A stretch of DNA of 9,921 nt from Candidatus Helarchaeota ASGARD archaeon Hel_GB_B. Its GTDB lineage: Archaea > Asgardarchaeota > Lokiarchaeia > Helarchaeales > HEL-GB-B. The position numbers were made by a program, and so were the translations under genes. The notes under the pieces are model-generated. The model was given only the letters and a program-made list of their open reading frames with translations, had not been told where the DNA came from and ran no database searches. Shown piece after piece: positions 1 through 7,186 of this stretch; the first letter of the stretch is position 1, and every line of letters begins with the position of its first letter. Location: NCBI GenBank assembly GCA_005191425.1, contig SUPR01000112.1, positions 1 to 9,921 of the forward strand, in the 5' to 3' direction.

Positions 1-348
1 TAGGAAGGGATGACCGGATAACTCTTTTTCAGAGCGTATTTATGAGGTAGTAAATAAGCGGTTAAAAGGTTTAGGGTTAATAGAGCGGCCGTTAGATAGG
101 AAAGAGATAATTTCGTTTGTGGATATTCATTCGCCAACGGCAGGTAATCTTAAAATAGGGAGGGGCATTGATATTTATAAAATATCTAAGGAAAAGTTAA
201 CAAACTTTAGTTTAATACATTTTGAGATATGTGACCATTGTTCAATATCGAGTAAAAATAAGATTATAAAGATATTAAGTTATTATTAGGAAAATTATAT
301 CCGAAAAAAGGCGCAATACTAGTTGCTGTTTTTAAGAAGGAAAAGTGA
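1..348 (+). pseudogene. 3' part of a disrupted gene of uncertain function; possibly the C-terminus of a SAM-dependent methyltransferase-like protein
   Basis: Frame +2 is open from 14 to TAG 287-289 (PDNSFSERIYEVVNKRLKGLGLIERPLDRKEIISFVDIHSPTAG...IIKILSYY). Frame +1 is open 262-348 (..LLGKLYPKKGAILVAVFKKEK*, TGA 346-348), implying a frameshift between about 260 and 289. There is an in-frame TGA at 11-13. The family guess rests only on loose recall of similar C-termini in glycosylation loci. Confidence 0.4.
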
Positions 349-464
349 GGGACATTAGTAATAATTAAAGTGAAGAAAGTGGGTAATCAATCAATTTTAA
401 ATTATTAAAGGATGGGAATGGAAAATATGGAAATTAACAATAGCAAGGCAAGTAAGATGAAAGG

Positions 465-821
465 TTAGACTTTCATATTAAGTAAAAAGTTAATAGGTCC
501 GACCAGTTGGCGGGCTTGTCGTAGGCCGATGAACCTATCGATCCTGCCTTGAGAGCGAGAGGTAAACCGGACTTTCTTACCTTTTTTAAAAAACATGAGG
601 GTTGGAGTAGCTACTATACCGAATTTAGAAGCGAGTTTAGGGCTTCTAGATATTTCAACAGATATGATTTTAATTTTGTTCCCGAATTGGCGGTCTATAT
701 TAACAAGTTCTCTTTCTTGAAGTTTACATGGAGCGCAATATTTGGATGTAAAATCAACAAGGACAACATCATTATGTTTAATAATGTCATAGAAATTTCT
801 TTCATCGATATGTTCGATCAT
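465..821 (-). CDS. Thioredoxin family protein
   Basis: 118 aa. Trx-fold pattern VLVDF-x3-YCAPCK (CxxC), the cis-Pro loop (IVATPTLMFFKKG) and a IG-x-R motif near the C-terminus. Confidence 0.88.
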   Translation of the reverse strand: MIEHIDERNFYDIIKHNDVVLVDFTSKYCAPCKLQERELVNIDRQFGNKIKIISVEISRSPKLASKFGIVATPTLMFFKKGKKVRFTSRSQGRIDRFIGLRQARQLVGPINFLLNMKV

Positions 822-1063
822 AGAATCATCTAATCAAATTTTATGGATTAATGATAAATAAATATTATTATAAAAAAATTAGAACAATTATTACTCATTT
901 TTGATAAATTAAAAGAAAATGGTTTAGGTAAACAAGTTTAAATAAATATAATACAACAGATAAAGGTGGGGGGTGGATTAGAGAGATAAATAGATTTATA
1001 CAAGTATAATCAATAATAAAAAGAGTGTAAAAATAAAGGTATAGCGGAAATTAAAAGTTAATA

Positions 1064-2428
1064 TTAAGAATTATTAATTAGGAGCCTTCCAATAGAACGA
1101 TAAATGATATTTTTGGGTATAGATTTAATATCGAATGTATTTCTGCCATCAACAATGATGAGAGGTTTATTAGTGAATTTTAGGATATAATTAAAATCAA
1201 GTTTCTTAAATAAATCGTGGTCAGTGATAAAGACCAAGCAATCGGCATTAGTAAGTGTAGATTCGAGGTCATTTTCGATGTAAAGGTCATTAATAGATTT
1301 ACCTTTAAAGTAAGGGTCATAGATTTGGACAATAGGGCCTAATTTTCTGAGTTCATGAACGAAGGGAAATGCAGGTGATAATTGGTAATCTGCGATATTA
1401 GGTTTATAAGAGAGTCCCAGGACAGAGATTTTAGAAGATTTAACAGATTTGCCAATAATATTAAGAGATTTCATAACAAGTTCAATAAGATGGTGGGGCA
1501 TTCGGTCATTAATTTCTCTAGCAAACCTGATGATATGAGGGACATAATCAACTTTAATTGCTTCTTGGATTAGGTAGTATGGGTTAGAAGGTAGACATGG
1601 GCCACCTACGCCAGCGCCGGGGTAATGAGGGACGAAGTTCCATTTAGTTTTAGCAGCATTAATAATTTCAAAAATATCAATTTCAAGTTTTTCAAAAAGG
1701 ATGGCAAGTTCATTAATTAAAGCGATATTTACATCTCGAAATATATTTTCAGTTAGTTTAACGGCGTTGGCAGTTTTTGGGTTGCTAACAAGGATTAAAT
1801 TACTATCAACAATATTTTTATAAATATTAGCGACAATTTTCGTGGATTTAGAATCAATACCACCGATGATACGGGGTATTTCATTAAATTTTGTGACAAT
1901 CTCGCCGGGGTTAGCACGTTCGGGGCAGCTTGCAATACCAAAGTCGCGTATTACTTTTAAATTTGAATTTTTTTCAATAAGTGGAATGATTAAATTTTCA
2001 ACGGTGCCAGGTGAAATAGTAGATTCAATTATAATAAGGCTACCTTTTTTAATATATTTGGAGATATTGTTAAAACATTCAATAATTGCAGAATAATCCG
2101 GTATTTTATCAAGAGTAACAGGAGTAGGTAAGCAGACAATAATAATGTCCGAATTAGAGATGGCTTCTTTAGGGTCGTTAGTAGGAATTAAAAGGTTTTT
2201 AGAGACCACATTTTTAACAATTGGATCAAGTCCCGGTTCGTCAATAACAGAAATTCCAGCTTTTAATTTTTCGATTGCATTAATATTAATGTCATAGCCA
2301 TAAACTTTGGCACCTTTATTTGCTATAATAGAAGCTGTTGGGAGTCCAATTCTACCTAAACCAATAACGGTAAATGTAAATTCACCATTTTTGAATTTTG
2401 TACTTATATCTTCTGTATTACACTCCAT
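1064..2428 (-). CDS. wecC: Nucleotide-sugar 6-dehydrogenase (UDP-N-acetyl-D-mannosamine / UDP-GlcNAc dehydrogenase, WecC/WbpA family)
   Basis: 454 aa. Rossmann GLGRIGLP, CLPTP, ESTISPGT, CPER, KLTENIFRDVNIALINEL (catalytic Lys), PGAGVGGPC (catalytic Cys), GLSYKP and a C-terminal DGRN. Exact substrate cannot be assigned, so the symbol is tentative. Confidence 0.9.
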   Translation of the reverse strand: MECNTEDISTKFKNGEFTFTVIGLGRIGLPTASIIANKGAKVYGYDININAIEKLKAGISVIDEPGLDPIVKNVVSKNLLIPTNDPKEAISNSDIIIVCLPTPVTLDKIPDYSAIIECFNNISKYIKKGSLIIIESTISPGTVENLIIPLIEKNSNLKVIRDFGIASCPERANPGEIVTKFNEIPRIIGGIDSKSTKIVANIYKNIVDSNLILVSNPKTANAVKLTENIFRDVNIALINELAILFEKLEIDIFEIINAAKTKWNFVPHYPGAGVGGPCLPSNPYYLIQEAIKVDYVPHIIRFAREINDRMPHHLIELVMKSLNIIGKSVKSSKISVLGLSYKPNIADYQLSPAFPFVHELRKLGPIVQIYDPYFKGKSINDLYIENDLESTLTNADCLVFITDHDLFKKLDFNYILKFTNKPLIIVDGRNTFDIKSIPKNIIYRSIGRLLINNS

Positions 2429-2773
2429 GATTGGTATTTTGATCGCCTCAAGAAGTATAGACAGTCAATAATTTCCAATTAAATAGAAATTAAAATGTCT
2501 ATTATATTTGAATGGAATAATATTTTAAAATTTCTTTAATTTTTTGTATTTGTATTTGTTATTACATTTATTCATAATGATAAAAATATTGAATGATAGA
2601 ATATAAAAAATTAAGGAGAAAGAAAACAAATTTAAAATTAAATTATAGATCTTAGAGACCATTTTACGACTAAATTTGTCTTTATATTAATTTAATATCG
2701 TAAAATATTCTTAAGTTGAGAAATAAATATTGAAATATTCTTGAATTAAATAAAAACTCTTAAATTAAAGGAT

Positions 2774-2795
2774 AAAAAGAAAAAAAACAAAAAAA
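2774..2795 (-). terminator. Oligo-T intrinsic terminator candidate for the padR / HAAS-TM operon
   Basis: The minus strand reads TTTTTTT-G-TTTTTTTT-C-TTTTT, about 22 nt after the TGA at 2818-2820. This fits archaeal oligo-U termination. Confidence 0.55.
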
Positions 2796-2817
2796 TGAAA
2801 AGTAAGGATAAAAGTTT

Positions 2818-3921
2818 TCACAAATAAAAATCTGATTTTTTTAATCTGGCAGATTTTATTATATTCATAATGCTTTTAGTTCCAATGAAAATCGCAATAA
2901 AAACAAATAAAGTTTGATAGAACCAGTACAATTCGAGAGGCATGTAAAAGATAACAAAACCTGTGGTATCAGACCAGTAAAATAGTGGGAATATTTGTGG
3001 GTTGAGAATCAGGAGAATTATTAGTGGAATAGAAAGGATAGCGAAGACAGACCTGATGGGGAGTAAATATTTATATGCTTTAAAGGACCATATACAGATA
3101 ATTCCGTGTAAGATTTTTATAATTCCACCAATAATTAGAAAAATACCTATCCCGAATACAATATTAAGGAACCATGAGACCAATGAAACGTTTAAAAAAG
3201 TAATAGGTTGCCATATTGCAATTATTCCGAAAACAATAAAAAAGCTACCACCAAGTATATTATTAAAAGGCTTTTTAAATCCTTTTGGAACCATCATTTT
3301 GTTATGATCAATATTTTTATCAGAATAATTAGTTGGTTTGTTAAAGTTTTTATGAAACCTTCTAAATCTCTTTTTTTCAAATTTAGTTTTTGCTCGATTT
3401 TCAAATATTTTTTTCAAATCCTGGGGTGTGTACCCTTCTTTTGAGAGATAGACAAAAAGTATAGTTGTTCCAATAAGAATACACATTGATACAAAAAAGA
3501 TGTTTCCAGCGCCAGATATAAGGGATTCGATCCAATTACCCATAGTAAAGATAGTTTTAATAATATCAATTACAATGAAAATGGACATAATTGGAATTAT
3601 CATGAATAAGATAAGTTTTAATGATTTAAGATATAAATTTCATAATTCTTCTGTTATATAATATTTTGGAGTCCCTCTTCTTTTGTATTCATCAGCAATT
3701 TCGGTTGGGTTTCCCATTTCAGATATACTTTGGCGTACTGCATCAATATATGACATTCTTTCTTCGCTGAATGCCTAGACTTTATCTTCGATATGCTCTT
3801 TTAATTCGTCTAAAATTTCATTTAATTTTTTATCTTGTATTTTCAACCAGGAAGGAAGTAAAGATTCTACTTCCATTAAAAAATCATTAATTAATTTTTC
3901 AGATACTTTTTTCTCATTCAT
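2818..3921 (-). pseudogene. HAAS-like (PadR-associated helical N-terminal domain) multi-pass membrane protein with two in-frame stops
   Basis: The 261-aa track ORF (2818-3603) continues in frame to an ATG at 3921 that overlaps the padR stop: MNEKKVSEKLINDFLMEVESLLPSWLK..ILDELKEHIEDKV*AFSEE..DAVRQSISEMGNPTEIADEYKRRGTPKYYITEEL*NLYLKSL. Stops are TAG 3777-3775 and TGA 3642-3640. The EL..H..D...MG.P..IA..Y pattern is HAAS/permease-prefix-like, and about 6 hydrophobic segments follow. Confidence 0.75.
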
Positions 3922-4447
3922 TTTTTAACCTCCTTTTTAAATCTTCGATATTTAGCCCGCATGCTTCGCAATATTTAACTGCATCATCATTTATATCAAT
4001 TTTATTAGCGCAATTTGGGCAGTAAATGAATTTTTCATGTTTAAGATTGACATCTATATCTAATAAAGGACCAATTGATTCAATAAGCTTAGAAAAAAAG
4101 CCCTGAATATGATGGAAAATTTTAAGGCCTTTTAAGGTTAATTTATAATAAGTTCGCTTTCTTCCACCAGATATTTTCTTTTCTGCAATAACAATTCCGT
4201 CAATGTTAAGTTTTTTTAATATGGGATAAAGAGTGCCATCTTCTATAACCAGGATAGAACTTGTTTTATCTTCCAATTCTTTCAATATTTTATATCCATA
4301 AATTCCATCGTCCCCTGAATCATTAATTATAGACATTATGACAAGAGTAGAAATGCCGCGCAAAATTTCGGACTCAAATTTCTCAAGAAAACTTCTTTCT
4401 TGGGCAATTAATGTTGTAGGACTGAATTCTTTTACTCGTTTAATCAT
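3914..4447 (-). CDS. PadR-family winged-helix transcriptional regulator with a C-terminal Zn ribbon
   Basis: 177 aa. PadR motifs YGYKILKEL, GTLYPILKKL and RKRTYYKLTLKG. The C-terminus has CPNC-x13-CEAC. An AGGTA RBS-like element lies just upstream of the ATG. Confidence 0.88.
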   Translation of the reverse strand: MIKRVKEFSPTTLIAQERSFLEKFESEILRGISTLVIMSIINDSGDDGIYGYKILKELEDKTSSILVIEDGTLYPILKKLNIDGIVIAEKKISGGRKRTYYKLTLKGLKIFHHIQGFFSKLIESIGPLLDIDVNLKHEKFIYCPNCANKIDINDDAVKYCEACGLNIEDLKRRLKNE

Positions 4448-4474
4448 TTTATTTACCTACATTAAAATGTTGAA

Positions 4475-4516
4475 ATTTAAAATTGTGTCATTTTTAGTAT
4501 ATATTTTTTAGTATAT
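4475..4516 (-). promoter_or_regulatory. Candidate padR promoter (TATA-like TTTTAAAT) with adjacent tandem direct repeat
   Basis: TTTTAAAT on the minus strand at 4482-4475, about 30 nt before the ATG at 4447. TTTTTAGTATAT occurs at 4491-4502 and 4505-4516 on the + strand. Confidence 0.35.
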
Positions 4517-4747
4517 GAGCTTTACCTTGTGATGTATAGTATGCAGCTCAAAATTTTCAGATAAATCAATTAGTCGAAAAATAAATTAAAATAAAGTTTT
4601 GATTGAAAATTTCTTTAAATAACAAATAAATAAAAATATCTAAGTAGAAAAAAATAAGTTACCTTTGAAGATTTTGGCAATAACCAGTTGTTGTGAAAAT
4701 TAGGAGAAGATAGGGGTACATTATTTGCTGATATATTTAAATTAGAG

Positions 4748-5329
4748 TTAAGAGTTGGGGTAATAAGTTAGAAGCATATCTAGGCATAGGGGAGACAATT
4801 TATTAGTGCTATTTTCTTTAATACAAATCTTCTTAAGGTCGCATTGAGGGCAGACCATTTGTTTAATATCATCTATTGTAAAGTCAAGCCATTTGTTATT
4901 TTTTAGGGTTTCGTAAATGAATTTTAAGTATTTTCCCTCTGCAATTTTTGGGACATTGTATTTTGCAGCGTCCAGACCATTTTTAGATGTGAAATATTCA
5001 TAAAGTCGTTTTTTACTTTTAGAAGAATTACACTTTTTACAGACCCAAATTACATTTTTTTCATTATCAGGGCCATTATAGTACCTCGGAAAAAGGTGGT
5101 CAATCGTTAATTCGCATTGGTCTCCATATAAAATACAGACATTATTGTTTTCTTTTTCTTTGATATATTCTCTAATTTCGTTCTAAGAAATTTGGCCATT
5201 GCTTAATTGTTTAAATTTAGTCATTATAAAGCCTAAATTTTTTTTACCAAATCCTGCAGAATCAGAAATAATTTTTGAATATTGCCAGAAAATTAAATCT
5301 TTGACAGTTCTTACAGCCTTTGGTGGCAT
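4748..5329 (-). pseudogene. HNH (HNN-type) endonuclease-domain protein with one in-frame TAG; absent from the ORF track
   Basis: ATG 5329 to TAA 4750-4748 spans 194 codons: MPPKAVRTVKDLIFWQYSKIISDSAGFGKKNLGFIMTKFKQLSNGQIS*NEIREYIKEK..CILYG..LTIDHLFPRYYNGPDNEKNVIWVCKKCNSSKSKKRLYEY..VPKIAEGKYLK..CPQCDLKKIC..PLCLD. TAG is at 5185-5183 (codon 49). The DH..P / N / CxxCN..K ββα-Me pattern is clear. Confidence 0.82.
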
Positions 5330-5391
5330 ATATCAATTTACTTTACCCAAATAAATTATTATTAATTGATGTACTTTTTAATTATTAATCA

Positions 5392-5409
5392 TATATAAAT
5401 TTACTTTTA
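5392..5409 (-). promoter_or_regulatory. BRE/TATA-like element upstream of the HNH gene
   Basis: The minus strand reads TAAAAGTAAA-TTTATATA, about 63 nt upstream of ATG 5329. The AT-rich background lowers specificity. Confidence 0.3.
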
Positions 5410-5592
5410 TTCTGTCAATTAAAAAGCAGTTAATCAGATAATAAAGAGAAATATCTGGAAAAATAAGTAATTATCACTGTTCTTTTGATAAAAAATTGTA
5501 AAACATAATTTAATATTGATTTTTTTAGCTTATCAATAGAAATCAAATATTATTAATTGGAAATATAATAAGTTCATAAAAACTCAAATACT

Positions 5593-5600
5593 TTTAAATA
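5593..5600 (+). promoter_or_regulatory. TATA-like box; would give a leaderless ubiA-family transcript
   Basis: TTTAAATA ends 23 nt before ATG 5624 and there is no RBS in between. This geometry is typical of leaderless archaeal mRNAs. Confidence 0.4.
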
Positions 5601-5623
5601 ATATTAATTTTTTTGTAAATATA

Positions 5624-6550
5624 ATGAGCAAGATTCGAGATTTCATTACAATTAGTCGCATAAAAATATTGATAGCGACACCTGCGCAGCCATTGTTGGG
5701 TACCTTCTTAGCTGCAAGTTCGATATTTGACCTAGTGAATATATATTTAATATATTTTTTGATTTTATATATTATTTCAATTCTATATGCTGTAAATGTG
5801 AATTGTTATTATGATAGAGATATAGATATAAAGTATAAAGTAAAATTGGCCCGAGCTGTAGACAATTTAGGTAAAGAAAACATAAGAGTAATTTTAATAA
5901 TAGAAACATGTCTAATTATGATTTTATCAGGATATTTAATGTTAGTTGGTTATGTAATAGTTGGGATATTTTCAGTTATAGGATGGGTCATATCGACAAG
6001 TTATTCTGCAGCGCCAATACGGGTTAAGAAACGCGGTTATCTGAGTGCTTTACCAATTATTATCGGACTTTTTATGTTTCCATATATTAATGGCTGGTTA
6101 ATGATAAAATTGAATTTTCAAGTTTATGGGATCATTTATTTAATTGGATATATTTTATTGAATGAAGGAATGAATTTAATAAACACAGCAGAAGATTTTG
6201 ATGAAGATTTGTCAGAAAATGTGAAAACATGGGCGCATGTTTTTGGTCTAAAATGGACATTTAAAATAGCATTAATTTTTACGGTTATTGGAGGAGTGTG
6301 CTGTATTTGGGGGCTGTTAATAAAATTATTAAGTAGCCAGATTTATTTGTATAATGTCTCGTTTTCGAGCGCATTTATAATAATATCAAGTATATTTATA
6401 TTAAAATCTTCATGGGACTTATATAGTATAGGAAAAAGGGACGACCTTAGGAAGGCAGCAAAGGAAAATGCATATAGAATGCCATTTTGGTTTGCTTCAA
6501 CAAGATATCCGATGTTATTAGCTGCATTATTTATACTTTTACCATTTTGA
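5624..6550 (+). CDS. UbiA-superfamily membrane prenyltransferase
   Basis: 308 aa, polytopic. First Asp-rich motif NCYYDRDID, the YSAAPIRVK loop, and second motif NTAEDFDED..KTWAHVFG. Substrate is not assignable. Confidence 0.85.
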   Translation: MSKIRDFITISRIKILIATPAQPLLGTFLAASSIFDLVNIYLIYFLILYIISILYAVNVNCYYDRDIDIKYKVKLARAVDNLGKENIRVILIIETCLIMILSGYLMLVGYVIVGIFSVIGWVISTSYSAAPIRVKKRGYLSALPIIIGLFMFPYINGWLMIKLNFQVYGIIYLIGYILLNEGMNLINTAEDFDEDLSENVKTWAHVFGLKWTFKIALIFTVIGGVCCIWGLLIKLLSSQIYLYNVSFSSAFIIISSIFILKSSWDLYSIGKRDDLRKAAKENAYRMPFWFASTRYPMLLAALFILLPF

Positions 6551-6695
6551 AGACGTAAAACTGTGAATAAAAAGATATTTTCTAAAAATTTACTATTAAT
6601 TAGTCATTTTTTCCACAAATAATATTTATAATTTAGGTGAAATCAAATAAGAAAATATAATAAAAAATGATAAAAAAGAATTGGAATGGTTAAAA

Positions 6696-7073
6696 ATGAC
6701 AGAATTAAAACAGATATATAAATGTGAAGTCTGTGGAAATATTGTAGAAGTTATTCACAACGGAGCGGGGCAATTAATTTGTTGTGGTCAACCTATGAAA
6801 TTGTTAGAGGAGAAAACTAAAGATTCTGCAGTAGAGAAGCATGTTCCATATATAGAAAAAGTTGAATCAGGGTATAAGGTAAAAGTAGGACAAAATCAAG
6901 ATCATCCTATGACTGAAGAGCATTGGATTGAATGGATTCAATTAATTGCTGATGGTGAAGTATATAGAAAATTTTTAAGACCAGGAGATAAACCCGAAGC
7001 TATTTTTAAAATAGAAGCAAAAAATATATCTGCAAGAGAGTTATGCAATGTCCATGGGTTATGGAAATCATAA
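6696..7073 (+). CDS. dfx: Desulfoferrodoxin (2Fe superoxide reductase)
   Basis: Centre I ligands [16 protein letters not shown] and centre II ligands [14 protein letters not shown] and CNVHG. ATG 6696 ([10 protein letters not shown]) is preferred over the track's TTG at 6681 because homologs begin just before the CxxC. Confidence 0.95.
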   Translation: MTELKQIYKCEVCGNIVEVIHNGAGQLICCGQPMKLLEEKTKDSAVEKHVPYIEKVESGYKVKVGQNQDHPMTEEHWIEWIQLIADGEVYRKFLRPGDKPEAIFKIEAKNISARELCNVHGLWKS

Positions 7074-7122
7074 TTTTTGGTTAAAAATCGCAGGTTATAT
7101 TTAAAAAGATTAAATTAATCAA

Positions 7123-7141
7123 TTTTTTTATTAATTTTTTT
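7123..7141 (+). terminator. Oligo-T terminator candidate after dfx
   Basis: Two T7 runs (7123-7129 and 7135-7141) about 50 nt after the dfx stop. Confidence 0.4.
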
Positions 7142-7186
7142 GGATCGAATGATAAAATAGATATAAAATTAATATTGGTCTAAAAT

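Noticed and set aside
11-13. In-frame TGA codons (11-13, 3640-3642, 9737-9739) as selenocysteine
   Set aside because: None lies in a redox or Cys-homologous motif, two fit Trp positions, and I saw no convincing SECIS. The Trx (CAPC), YyaL (CHWC) and Dfx all use Cys.
549-833. 94-aa + strand ORF
   Set aside because: It is an antisense shadow of the thioredoxin and has no recognisable motif.
822-1063. Replication origin in the trx-wecC spacer
   Set aside because: There is no ORB core and no cdc6/orc1 gene in the window, and the skew keeps the same sign on both sides.
1382-2096. + strand ORFs 1382-1573 and 1842-2096
   Set aside because: Both lie fully antisense to the well-supported wecC gene and have no motifs.
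2703-2742. AAATATTCTT repeated with a 30-bp period, and TTTGTA micro-repeats near 2543-2560
   Set aside because: There are only two copies in very AT-rich DNA. This is not a CRISPR array and is consistent with chance.
3002-3444. + strand ORFs 3002-3307 and 3208-3444
   Set aside because: Both are antisense to the membrane-protein gene; their Ile/Lys-rich content mirrors its hydrophobic codons.
4658-4771. Short protein-like + strand frame (..QLL*KLGEDRGTLFADIFKLELRVG..)
   Set aside because: It has no start codon, contains an internal stop, is under 40 codons long and has no recognisable family.
6617-6632. PerR/Fur-like box upstream of dfx
   Set aside because: It has at least three mismatches to the consensus in an AT-rich background and overlaps a probable TATA element.
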